Shown one piece after another: positions 36,123-45,279 of a stretch of 64,000 nt of DNA. The position numbers and the translations under genes are program-made. The notes below the pieces were generated by a model. That model was not told the origin of the DNA and searched no databases. It worked only from the letters and a program-made list of their open reading frames with translations. Where the stretch lies: contig NZ_JACHGJ010000014.1 in assembly GCF_014207565.1 (NCBI RefSeq), positions 8,359-72,358 on the forward strand, in the 5' to 3' direction. Position 1 is the first letter of the stretch. Each line of letters starts with the position of its first letter. This DNA is from Spirochaeta isovalerica. GTDB taxonomy: Bacteria; Spirochaetota; Spirochaetia; DSM-2461.

Positions 36123-36538
36123 TTTTTATTCCCTCCTCTTTCGTTTTCTGATTTTAAATCAGTCAGATAATCGATAATTTCATCGAGAGTAAAACCATAG
36201 GAACCGGCTTTGGAGATAAAAGTTTTCGTAATACCGGAGAGGACGCGCTCCCGCTCAACTTCATCGAGCTGAACTTCCTTTCTGCTGATGAATGTTCCCG
36301 TACCCTGCTGGGTATTGACGATGCCTCGTATTTCCATTTCGTTGTAGGCCCTGCCTACCGTATTGGGATTTATACGGAGATCCACGGCCAGGCTCCGCAC
36401 TGTGGGCAATTGCTCACCCTTGGTCAAGCGCCCGTCCGCTATGGCCATTTCCACCTGGAGAATAATCTGTTTGTAAAAAGGAACACCGCTCTTGGGGTCG
36501 AGACTGAATTCCAGTTTTTTTACTCCTGTTTCCGCCAC
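36119..36538 (-). CDS. GntR-family transcriptional regulator, short YtrA-like subfamily; first gene of the operon
   Basis: 139 aa. The winged-helix segment GEQLPTVRSLAVDLRINPNTVGRAYNEM is typical of GntR. GTG start with AGGAG RBS. Confidence 0.85.
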   Translation of the reverse strand: MAETGVKKLEFSLDPKSGVPFYKQIILQVEMAIADGRLTKGEQLPTVRSLAVDLRINPNTVGRAYNEMEIRGIVNTQQGTGTFISRKEVQLDEVERERVLSGITKTFISKAGSYGFTLDEIIDYLTDLKSENERGGNKK

Positions 36539-36559
36539 AGGTTTACTCCTATTGTCTAC

Positions 36560-36581
36560 TTGTACTATTCTTCTAGTACAA
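36560..36581. promoter_or_regulatory. Palindromic operator TTGTACTA-N6-TAGTACAA at the GntR operon promoter
   Basis: TGTACTA at 36561-36567 and TAGTACA at 36574-36580 are perfect inverted repeats. They lie 5 nt downstream of a minus-strand promoter with TTGACA (rc of 36609-36614), a 17-bp spacer and TATATT (rc of 36586-36591). A GT..AC core is typical of GntR operators. Confidence 0.7.
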
Positions 36582-36623
36582 TATAAATATAGCTCTTTAA
36601 TAAAAGGATGTCAAATTTAATTG

Positions 36624-37871
36624 CTACTGATGTTTCAAACACGATGAAATATCGAGCTTCAGCCCCCGATTTATCGGGAAGATGGCAACGAGAGTGGATA
36701 TGGCTGAAGAAGCCAGGGCGGAGAGAGCCATGGTAGACCAGTTCCACTCCCCCCTGAAAATAGCCTGAACCCGGTAGACGAGATCAAACTCCCGCGTGGC
36801 AAATCCGTAATCAATCCCCACATGAATGAGAAAGAAAACAGCAAATATCCCGAACAGAATCCCCACAAGAGCCCCGAGAAAACCGATGCCAGCCGCCTCC
36901 AGCAGAAACATTATCCGGATTTTCCCATCGGCCATCCCCATGGCACGCATCATCCCGATCTCACGGAAACGCTCATACATGGTCATCAGCATAGTGTTGG
37001 AAATACCTACAGCGGCAATAATAAAAATAAGAAAAAGAATGATGCCGCTCGAACTTTTCTCCATTTCCATCATGGACAGATAATCCTTCGCCAGGTCCTC
37101 AAAACCGAGAACCACAAGATCGGGATAATCCCGGAGAATAGCTCTGACGGAATCGATATCCTCTTCCTTTATATCAATTTCAGAAACGGTTCCCTCCAGA
37201 AAGAGATAATCATCCGCAGTATCCAGGGGCATCATAATAAGCCGCCGGTTTACCGTCGGATTGGGGCAATTGACAATGCCAAGCAATTCGAGATCCATTG
37301 CTTCGAAAAAGCCGCCCCGCCCTCTCGCCACAATGGTCACGACAGACCCGACTTCAGCTCCGATATCTTCAGCCAGCCACGAACCGAGAAGAATCCCTTC
37401 GTCTCCCGGATTGAGAAACCGTCCGTCCACCAGAGTATCGCGAAAGTGAAACACATCTTCGTCTCTGAGGGGATTAATGGCCGTAACCTGTACGGAAATA
37501 TTGCCGTCTTCTCCGAAATCCTGCTTATTGAGGATCATTTCACCGTAAAATTCCGTTCTTTCCGTCCCGTTGATACCCTGCCCGTTCAAACGGGCGATGA
37601 TTTCATCGGATCCGCTGAAATTATAATTGAGAGACTTCTGGACCCGGTTTTCCCAGTATTCCTTATGGAGAATTTTTGCTGATGATGTTTCATACCATTT
37701 TAAATTTCTGACGGACTCGCTGTCCGCTCCTTTGAGCATGGAGTCGATGAATATAAAAGAGACAACGCCGAAGGAGATGGCGAAAGCTGTAATCAAAGTT
37801 CGCCTTTTATGTCTGGCCAGATTTAATAGTGCCATTTTCAAAAGAAACATGGGTAATCCTCCAGCAATCAA
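36624..37871 (-). CDS. Orphan ABC transporter permease, FtsX/MacB-like; paralog of 33074-34321
   Basis: N-terminal LNLARHKRRT, FIDSMLKGADSESVRNLKWYETSSAKIL is nearly identical to the paralog. An alternative start at 37850 aligns better with the paralog. No ATPase gene lies beside it. Confidence 0.8.
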   Translation of the reverse strand: MIAGGLPMFLLKMALLNLARHKRRTLITAFAISFGVVSFIFIDSMLKGADSESVRNLKWYETSSAKILHKEYWENRVQKSLNYNFSGSDEIIARLNGQGINGTERTEFYGEMILNKQDFGEDGNISVQVTAINPLRDEDVFHFRDTLVDGRFLNPGDEGILLGSWLAEDIGAEVGSVVTIVARGRGGFFEAMDLELLGIVNCPNPTVNRRLIMMPLDTADDYLFLEGTVSEIDIKEEDIDSVRAILRDYPDLVVLGFEDLAKDYLSMMEMEKSSSGIILFLIFIIAAVGISNTMLMTMYERFREIGMMRAMGMADGKIRIMFLLEAAGIGFLGALVGILFGIFAVFFLIHVGIDYGFATREFDLVYRVQAIFRGEWNWSTMALSALASSAISTLVAIFPINRGLKLDISSCLKHQ

Positions 37872-37873
37872 AA

Positions 37874-37895
37874 TTGTACTAATACATTAGTACAT
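37874..37895. promoter_or_regulatory. Second copy of the TGTACTA-N6-TAGTACA operator, at the orphan permease promoter
   Basis: TGTACTA at 37875-37881 and TAGTACA at 37888-37894. The promoter has the same layout: TTGACA (rc of 37923-37928), a 17-bp spacer, TACATT (rc of 37900-37905), then 5 nt to the operator. Confidence 0.65.
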
Positions 37896-37943
37896 TAAAA
37901 ATGTAAACCCTGCGGTCAGGCTTGTCAAATTAATCCTGTAAAT

Positions 37944-38207
37944 ATGCTAAGATTGCCTATGCGGAAGGGAAAAATTCTTAAGGACATTCTGAAATTTCTG
38001 AATATATATCAGAATTCCATCATTCAATCGGATAACGAGACAGCCAATATCGAGCACTACCTGAGAGCCAAAGGACTCATGGACCTGGCGAGGTATTACG
38101 GAAGAACCGGAGTATTCGATAAGGACGTAATGGCTACTATCGATGGAGTATTCAAGGATATAGAGAATCTGACAATTTTACGGATTCGCGATGATCTCAA
38201 TAATTAG
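37944..38207 (+). CDS. Small hypothetical protein (87 aa), divergent from the orphan permease
   Basis: ORF with reasonable composition, no recognisable family. It shares the operator-bearing intergenic region. The 3' end overlaps the ftsK stop. Confidence 0.4.
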   Translation: MLRLPMRKGKILKDILKFLNIYQNSIIQSDNETANIEHYLRAKGLMDLARYYGRTGVFDKDVMATIDGVFKDIENLTILRIRDDLNN

Positions 38208-40878
38208 ATGAATCAGGCATATGGGAGTGTATAACCTCACGGGGCTTGCTGCCGTTCTGAGGACCGACAATTCCCATCTCCTCCATCTGCTCCACCAGTC
38301 TGGCTGCACGGTTATATCCGATTTTCAGCCTTCTTTGCAGATAGGAAGCCGAGGCTTTTCCCGCGGAAGAGACAATCTCCAGGGCTTTATTGAAAAGAGG
38401 GTCGACTGATCCTCCTCCGGCCAGAGAGGGTTCATCGCTTTCATCATCATCGATAAAAATTTCATCGTCAATATATTCCGGCGCGCCGAGGGTCTTAACG
38501 TATTCCACCACTCGCTCGACTTCTTCCTCTGACATAAAAGCGCCCTGGACACGGGAGGGGAAAGGATCCCAGGCTGATGTGAAGAGCATATCCCCTTTGC
38601 CGAGCAGCTTTTCAGCTCCTGCCGAGTCAATTATAATTCTGGAATCCATCATACTGGCGACCATAAAGGCGATTCTGGACGGAAAATTCGCTTTAATAAG
38701 ACCTGTAATGACATCAGCGGAAGGCCGCTGCGTAGCCAGAACCAGGTGGATACCGACAGCGCGGGACATAGCGGCCAGACGGGCGATCATGGCTTCCAGT
38801 TCCTTACCGCTGGTCGCCATCAGATCGGCGAACTCATCGATCACGAGAATCAGATAAGGAAGCTCTGTCGTTGCCAGTTTCCTCTCTTTAATCCTTTTGT
38901 TGTAACTCCTGATCTCCCGTACACCGACGCTGTCCAGAAGGGCATAGCGTCTTTCCATCTCATAAAGACACCACTGGATGGCCTGGATGGCTTTCTTCGG
39001 GTCGGTGATAACCGGTGTCAGAAGATGGGGTATATCATTATAGAGTTTCAATTCGACGATTTTCGGGTCGACCATAATAAGCTTCACATCGGCAGGAGAC
39101 CGCTCGTACAGGATGGAACAGATCAATGAGTTAACACAGACTGATTTTCCCGATCCCGTGGCCCCGGCGATGAGCAGGTGAGGGGTCCGGGTCAGGTCGA
39201 TAACCTGAACGCCGCCGCGGATGTCTTTTCCCAGAACGATGGGAACAGCCACATCCTGGTCTTTCATTTCCGGTGCCGTAACCATCTCGCTGAACGAAAC
39301 AATGGCTCTTTTCTTGTTGGGAACCTCAATACCGACAGCATGCTTTCCCGGTATGGGTGCGACAATCCTCACACGGGAGGCCGCAAGTCGCAAAGCAATG
39401 TTGTCTGCCAGGTTTGTAATGCGGGAGATTTTTACTCCCGGAGCCGGCAGAAGCTCAAACATGGTGATAACCGGCCCTTTTTTAATTCCCGTAACCTTTG
39501 CGGAGATTTTGAATTCCTCGAGCGTCACTTCAAGAACACGGGCTGCTTTTCTGGTTTCCTCGTCTATTTCCTGATATTTATCATCGGGGTATTCTGCCAG
39601 TACGCCTTCGACAGGAACGCTGTAATCATCCATATATGGCTGTCTCGGCTTGACGACTTCGCGGAGCACCCCACCCTCATCGCCTTCCACAGGAGCCAGC
39701 TTATCGGATATATCGCGATAGTCATCCAGTTCGTCCAGACGGTCTTCCAGATAACCGGCATCGCTGTAATCGCTGTCCTGAGCATACTCGTCAGAGAACT
39801 GGTCCGCCGCCTTATCCGGAAGATCCTCATTGGCTATATCTGTTTCATCATAGCCGTAATAACCTGAGTCACCTGACGGTTCATCTCTTGCATCGGAATA
39901 CTCATCTTCCTTCTTATCCGCTTTTTCGCCGGAGTTCCTGATCCGGTCAGTATCAAATGTCCGGACAGGCCTCTCATCCATACCCTCTGCGGCAGCGAGA
40001 ACATTGTCAAGCTCGGCAATTATCTCTGACATTTTTTCAGCAGCTTCATTCTGAGCCGCCGTATCACTGTGCTTGTGGTAGGTATAATCTCCCTGTCCCG
40101 TCAACTCATCAGCGAGATCCGCTTCATCATGCTCTCTGGAGAGAACATCAAATGCAGGATCGGATTCAATAAAGGGAGATTCCAGATCATCATAAAGATC
40201 TTCATCTTTAACAGGTTCAATATTTCCCGGTCTGGGCGGAGGAACCGGTTCGGATGAGACAGCGCCCGGGCCGCCGGACAAAATGGACGTAAAGATATCA
40301 TCAATCGATTCGGTTTGTTCATTATCAGGTCTGAAATCCGCTTCATCCGGTTCGGGAAATCTGAAAGCATATTCTTTAAAGGCTTCTTCTTCGCCATTTT
40401 CCTCTTTTCCAAAAGATTTCTCTTCCGGCTCGTACAATTCTTCCGTTTCAGAAGAAATATCCGAAAAATACCTCGGCAGAATTATTATGAGAAAAATTTC
40501 CAGAGCCGACAGGCTTCCCAGAAGAAAAAGAGAACGCCCTTTTCCCATAGATTCCAGCATTTTATTGATAAAATACGATCCCTCAGCGGTGAGCCAGATC
40601 CGGAAAAACAGAGAAACTGTCAGAAAGGGAATGACTGACAAGGTTAAAACGATAAGTGAGAGGGAATCAAGCTTATCCTTAAAAGACAGATATCCGTAAA
40701 GAATCATAAAAAAGGGAAGGTAGAAAGCGGGAAAGCTGAAAGATTCGAAGAGAAATCTCCCCGGTGCCGCAAGAAACGAACCCAATCCGCCTACTGCCAG
40801 CAGAAGAGATAAAGTGAGCAAAGCACCGATGCCATAAAATATATAGGATAATTTCTTTAAATCCATTCGAAAATTCAC
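38197..40878 (-). CDS. ftsK: DNA translocase FtsK/SpoIIIE
   Basis: N-terminal TM domain and a long acidic linker. The motor has Walker A GATGSGKSVCVN and a C-terminal gamma winged helix (LQRRLKIGYNRAARLVEQMEEMGIV). Length 893 aa. Confidence 0.92.
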   Translation of the reverse strand: MNFRMDLKKLSYIFYGIGALLTLSLLLAVGGLGSFLAAPGRFLFESFSFPAFYLPFFMILYGYLSFKDKLDSLSLIVLTLSVIPFLTVSLFFRIWLTAEGSYFINKMLESMGKGRSLFLLGSLSALEIFLIIILPRYFSDISSETEELYEPEEKSFGKEENGEEEAFKEYAFRFPEPDEADFRPDNEQTESIDDIFTSILSGGPGAVSSEPVPPPRPGNIEPVKDEDLYDDLESPFIESDPAFDVLSREHDEADLADELTGQGDYTYHKHSDTAAQNEAAEKMSEIIAELDNVLAAAEGMDERPVRTFDTDRIRNSGEKADKKEDEYSDARDEPSGDSGYYGYDETDIANEDLPDKAADQFSDEYAQDSDYSDAGYLEDRLDELDDYRDISDKLAPVEGDEGGVLREVVKPRQPYMDDYSVPVEGVLAEYPDDKYQEIDEETRKAARVLEVTLEEFKISAKVTGIKKGPVITMFELLPAPGVKISRITNLADNIALRLAASRVRIVAPIPGKHAVGIEVPNKKRAIVSFSEMVTAPEMKDQDVAVPIVLGKDIRGGVQVIDLTRTPHLLIAGATGSGKSVCVNSLICSILYERSPADVKLIMVDPKIVELKLYNDIPHLLTPVITDPKKAIQAIQWCLYEMERRYALLDSVGVREIRSYNKRIKERKLATTELPYLILVIDEFADLMATSGKELEAMIARLAAMSRAVGIHLVLATQRPSADVITGLIKANFPSRIAFMVASMMDSRIIIDSAGAEKLLGKGDMLFTSAWDPFPSRVQGAFMSEEEVERVVEYVKTLGAPEYIDDEIFIDDDESDEPSLAGGGSVDPLFNKALEIVSSAGKASASYLQRRLKIGYNRAARLVEQMEEMGIVGPQNGSKPREVIHSHMPDSSNY

Positions 40879-40926
40879 CCGTGTCCTCCCAGAATTATTA
40901 TCGGATAAATGGAAAGGATGTTTAGA

Positions 40927-41724
40927 TCAGGGAAGAAAGAACAGTCCCGCTATTCCCACCAGAAGCAGATAAAAAGAGAACAGATAGAGCCTGCCGCCTT
41001 TTATAAGTTTCATCAGCAAGATCAGGGAAAAATACCCGACGATTATTGTTATGAGAAATCCGGCGACAAGCGGCAGTATTCCCACTTCGGAGACGAGAGC
41101 GCCTCCGTCCTTGAGTTCGAGAAGCAAAGCTCCCAGGATCGCGGGAATGGAGATGATGAAGGAGATTTCCCCGGCTTTATCCCTGTTTATTCCGTTTATC
41201 AACCCTGTAGAAATGGTAATGCCCGATCGGGAGATTCCCGGAATAACGCCGAAGCCCTGGGCAATCCCCAGAAAAACTCCCTCTTTCCAGCCTACTGAAT
41301 CATAATCTTTTTTCGGTTTGGCATACCGGGTCGTCCAGAGAATAAGGGCTGTCACCAGAAAGAACAGGGAAACCACTTTAGGATTCTCAAAAAAAGAGAT
41401 TTCTGAAATAACGACTCCTATGACTCCCGTAAAGAATGTCGCCACGATTATAAGAATTATCATATTGAGATTGTATTTATCGCTTTCATCGCTTTTTCTT
41501 ATCAACCAGCGTCCGAGAGACCGGAGAAGGACAAAAACCCTTTCCCTGAAAACGAACAGAACGACAATAAGAGTTGCCACATGGAGAAGAACATCAAAAA
41601 GAACAGGGACATCCCCCAGATCCATAAGGTTCCTCGTTACCAGAAGATGGCCGGAGCTGGATACGGGCAGGAATTCAGCAATTCCCTGAATGACGCCCAG
41701 AATGAGGGCTTTTAAAACAGACAT
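40927..41724 (-). CDS. uppP: Undecaprenyl-diphosphatase
   Basis: LILGVIQGIAEFLPVSSSGHL and GISRSGITIS are the BacA/UppP motifs. Length 265 aa with eight TM segments. Confidence 0.9.
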   Translation of the reverse strand: MSVLKALILGVIQGIAEFLPVSSSGHLLVTRNLMDLGDVPVLFDVLLHVATLIVVLFVFRERVFVLLRSLGRWLIRKSDESDKYNLNMIILIIVATFFTGVIGVVISEISFFENPKVVSLFFLVTALILWTTRYAKPKKDYDSVGWKEGVFLGIAQGFGVIPGISRSGITISTGLINGINRDKAGEISFIISIPAILGALLLELKDGGALVSEVGILPLVAGFLITIIVGYFSLILLMKLIKGGRLYLFSFYLLLVGIAGLFFLP

Positions 41725-41752
41725 TTTTTTCCTTCGAGACTGAACCGTTCAA

Positions 41753-43861
41753 TCAGCGTCCGGTAATCTCTAATAATGAATCAAAATCGGGATATATCTT
41801 ACGGATAATGTCAGCAGGATTTTCATCCCCGTAGACAGATCCGTAAACTACTGATGAAGTTAGCACTTTTTTAACATAATTTCTTGTTTCTTTATAGGGC
41901 AAAGCTTCGACAAACAGTTCATCGCTGTACCCGGGAAACATTCTTTTCCACTTTCTCAAATTCCCGCCGCCGCCGTTGTAAGCGATCAGCATCTGAGAGA
42001 GATTGTCGCTCCAGGGCCGGTCGATGATCCAGCGGACATAGGAACTCCCTATCCTGATATTGGTTTCCGGGTCTGTCAGATCGGGATCGTCGATTCCCAG
42101 TTTCCTGGCCTGATCGGCTGCTGTAGCAGGCATTAACTGGGAGAGGCCCACAGCACCTGCGTGGGAGATGATGTCGTGTTTGAAAGCACTCTCGGTTCTG
42201 ATTATCCCTTTGAGAATCTCAGGGGGAAAACCGTACAGGCCCGAGTACTGTTCAATTTCATCATTAAAAACACGGGGATATCGGAGCTGAACATCCTCCA
42301 GAGTCATGGGACGATTATCAGAAGGCATAAGATAAGCTGACAATTGGATGGAACGGAGAAAATCGCCATTTTCCTGTTCATGATTTGACAAGCGCCTGAT
42401 AAGGGAATCGCTCAGGAGTTCCTCCCTTCCCCGGCTTTGTTCAAGAGCGACTTCATCGAGACCGAAATCATAGAATCCTAAGATGAACCGATCTGTTTCC
42501 CTCTCATCTTCGACAGGAGATGACCCGGCAAGGGGGATCTCATCTCCCGAGAGAACAAATCCCAGAACATAGTAAAAGGAAAAATAGGGAGCCTCTTTCA
42601 TAAGGGCAATCGTTTTTTGCCGTTCTCCCTCTGAGGCCCGCTCCGACAGGGGGCTTAAAAGATGGACCCAGCTGTAAGCCGCTGCTGTTTCGCGATCTCC
42701 ATACTGAACAATCAGGGGATAAATTCTTTCAAGCAGGTCCCATCGGGCTTCGGCGGCGATTCCGGACAGATGTTCCTCGAGAACATCAGAAAAATAGTAC
42801 GGATCGCTCCATAGAGGTGCAGCCTCTTCAATCAATCCATTGAGAAATGGCCTGTTGGAACTGTAAAGGTCCATTCGATACCACATTGCCCGGTCTTTTT
42901 CGAAACCGGAACCGGCCAGGTCGTATGCTTTCAGGAAAGACTTGTCCGCTTCACTGTATTTTTTTTCCGACCGGAAAAGCCTCCCGGCTGTGAAAGAGGC
43001 TTCGAAAGTAGAAAGGGTACTGAGCCTTTCCGCCAGAAATACAGTCTGCGAGGACTGCATAAAGGGGAGCCTCATCCTGTAAACAAGCGATGGGTACTGA
43101 AGGGCCAGATTTTCATTGAGCACAAATCTGCCCAGGGCCTTATCAATCAGATCCCTGTCTCCTGCAGCAGAAGCGTAACAGAGTTCCAGATACCCTTTCA
43201 GCGAGTCCGGAATTCGGGAATAAAGATTGTCTTCTCTTACCAGCCGGAAGATTTCAGAACTATCGCCGATTGTCGCTCTGCCATAGACATACCGGAGGAA
43301 TTTTTCCTCCGTAAGGATGCCCCCCTCGCGGATATGGGATTTTGCCGCAGCCAGAGTGAGCAGATCATCGCCGGAAATCTGCCGAGCTTTTCTGCTTTGG
43401 CCGCTTTCAAAGAGAGCTTCAATCAGCATATCTAATATTCTGCCTTCGATCCGATCCTCTTTATAGGCATTGAGCAGGATGACGGACAGGCGATTCCACT
43501 CTCTTTTCCCGGAGAGGATTCGATAAAGTTCATCGGCCGCCGCATCTTTGTATATGCCGCTTAAAAGCTCCACTTCCAGAAATCGGATCTGCCACTCCGG
43601 CTCTCCCTGACGGGACATAATAAAAGAGAAATAATAAGCGCCACCTTCTCTCAACCGGCTTATCTCGCCCAGTCTTCCTTTCCTGTCCATGCGGTTCAGA
43701 TCGACCTCATCGAGAAAAGTAAGATCTCCCAGGCGGAGAGACTCCTCGATTGCTGTTTTCTCCAGCCCCCAGATCAGGGAGGGAGGCGATTCAGAAGCCC
43801 GGCAGGAGAATAAAATAAAAGATATGAGAAAAAGTGATAAATATTTTTTCATAAAGAACAC
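41753..43861 (-). CDS. Soluble lytic murein transglycosylase (Slt family) with lipoprotein signal
   Basis: Signal peptide with lipobox LFSC. Superhelical N-terminal domain. The C-terminal SLT catalytic domain has ESAFKHDIISHAGAVGLSQLMP and AYNGG. Confidence 0.85.
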   Translation of the reverse strand: MFFMKKYLSLFLISFILFSCRASESPPSLIWGLEKTAIEESLRLGDLTFLDEVDLNRMDRKGRLGEISRLREGGAYYFSFIMSRQGEPEWQIRFLEVELLSGIYKDAAADELYRILSGKREWNRLSVILLNAYKEDRIEGRILDMLIEALFESGQSRKARQISGDDLLTLAAAKSHIREGGILTEEKFLRYVYGRATIGDSSEIFRLVREDNLYSRIPDSLKGYLELCYASAAGDRDLIDKALGRFVLNENLALQYPSLVYRMRLPFMQSSQTVFLAERLSTLSTFEASFTAGRLFRSEKKYSEADKSFLKAYDLAGSGFEKDRAMWYRMDLYSSNRPFLNGLIEEAAPLWSDPYYFSDVLEEHLSGIAAEARWDLLERIYPLIVQYGDRETAAAYSWVHLLSPLSERASEGERQKTIALMKEAPYFSFYYVLGFVLSGDEIPLAGSSPVEDERETDRFILGFYDFGLDEVALEQSRGREELLSDSLIRRLSNHEQENGDFLRSIQLSAYLMPSDNRPMTLEDVQLRYPRVFNDEIEQYSGLYGFPPEILKGIIRTESAFKHDIISHAGAVGLSQLMPATAADQARKLGIDDPDLTDPETNIRIGSSYVRWIIDRPWSDNLSQMLIAYNGGGGNLRKWKRMFPGYSDELFVEALPYKETRNYVKKVLTSSVVYGSVYGDENPADIIRKIYPDFDSLLEITGR

Positions 43862-43905
43862 AGAAGAATCTAAAGGAGCGGAAAAAACTTGTCAATCATT
43901 GCCAT

Positions 43906-45279
43906 TTGAACAATAATGACTTCATGATGTCTCTCTTACCATATATGGCAATTCTCGGAGTTGTCATAGTCGGCTCCATCGTTACTTTAGTTCTCGTAAA
44001 GTCCTCCGGAGGAGGCAAAAGCAATGATAAATATCAGGGAAAAACGAAGACCACTATCCTGAAAGAAGCCAATAAGAAGCTGGCATCCAATCCCAAGGAT
44101 CCCAATGCGCTCATGGCAATTGCCGACATTTACTTCAGCGATAACAATTTTGCAAAAGCCATGAAAACCTATCGAATGCTTGTCGATCTCTGCGCGGTCA
44201 ATCCCGATCTGGATGAATATAAAATAAACCTCCGCTATGGAATCAGTGCCATGGAGGAGAAAATCTATAAAGAAGCCTACAAGAGCCTCATGCTCGCCCG
44301 GAATACGAAGCCCGAGGATTTCCAGACTAACGCCTATCTGGGAAAAATCGAATTCATGATGAAGAAGTATGATAAGTCTATCAGCTATCTTCTCTATGCA
44401 TTAAAGATTAAGCCGGACCACGATGAATCGGTGAAATATCTGGGAATGAGCTATTACAAAATGAAAAAGTACAAGGAAGCGGTTCCCCGTTTAAACAGAG
44501 CGGTGAGCGGACATCCCGACGATAAGGAAGCTCTTTTTGCTCTGGCTATCAGCTGTAATGAAACCGGCCGTGTGGAGCACGCCCTGAAGATTTTCACCCA
44601 CCTCCGGCCCGACCCGGTCTGGGGCCCCAAATCAGCCCTCTATTCGGGAACGATCCATACGAAAATGAGAAAACTCGACAAAGCTGTTATCGATTACGAG
44701 ATAGGCCTGAGACACGAGAACATCCCGACCGAAATACTTCTCGAACTCAAATACCGTCTGGCCGGAGTCCACAGTTCCGAAGGAAGACTCGACAAGTCTC
44801 TGGAAGTGCTGAAAGACATTACCAGAATCGATCCCGGATACAAAGACGTGCAGACCCAGGTGCGGAAGTTCAGAGAGTTGAGTTCCAACAAAAATCTGCA
44901 GGTTTACCTCAACGCCCCGGCGACGGATTTTGTATCCCTTTGCCGGAGCATCACAAACATTGTCATCAAGAAAACGAAAGTCAATATTATAGATGTAGCT
45001 TTTACCAATGCGGAATACGTGGATATCGTGGCGGAAGTCAAAGCCCAGAAATGGGAGGACCTGATCCTCTACCGCTACGTCCGCACAGACGGCCTGGTTG
45101 GCCAGATAATGGTCCGTGATCTCTATGAAAAGCTGAAAGAACATCATGCAGGAAGAGGCTTCTGCTTTTCCGCCGGAGGCTTCACCGAGTCGGCGGAACA
45201 GTGGGTGGAGGCCAGACTGATCGACCTGATCTCAAAAGACAAGCTGATTCAGTACCTGAACAAAATCGATACGATTTAA
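43906..45279 (+). CDS. Membrane-anchored TPR-repeat protein with a C-terminal Mrr-like (restriction-endonuclease-fold) domain
   Basis: N-terminal TM helix and about eight TPR-like repeats. The C-terminal ~120 aa (ILYRYVRTDGLVGQIMVRDLYEKL...GFCFSAGGFTESAEQWVEARLIDLISKDKL) follows the Mrr_cat pattern. Confidence 0.6.
   Translation: MNNNDFMMSLLPYMAILGVVIVGSIVTLVLVKSSGGGKSNDKYQGKTKTTILKEANKKLASNPKDPNALMAIADIYFSDNNFAKAMKTYRMLVDLCAVNPDLDEYKINLRYGISAMEEKIYKEAYKSLMLARNTKPEDFQTNAYLGKIEFMMKKYDKSISYLLYALKIKPDHDESVKYLGMSYYKMKKYKEAVPRLNRAVSGHPDDKEALFALAISCNETGRVEHALKIFTHLRPDPVWGPKSALYSGTIHTKMRKLDKAVIDYEIGLRHENIPTEILLELKYRLAGVHSSEGRLDKSLEVLKDITRIDPGYKDVQTQVRKFRELSSNKNLQVYLNAPATDFVSLCRSITNIVIKKTKVNIIDVAFTNAEYVDIVAEVKAQKWEDLILYRYVRTDGLVGQIMVRDLYEKLKEHHAGRGFCFSAGGFTESAEQWVEARLIDLISKDKLIQYLNKIDTI

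Noticed and set aside
36822-37682. 286-aa plus-strand ORF inside the orphan FtsX permease
   Set aside because: Antisense shadow ORF. The permease reading frame matches its paralog.
38390-39867. Several plus-strand ORFs of 120-230 aa inside ftsK
   Set aside because: All lie antisense to the FtsK motor and linker. Composition is low-complexity.
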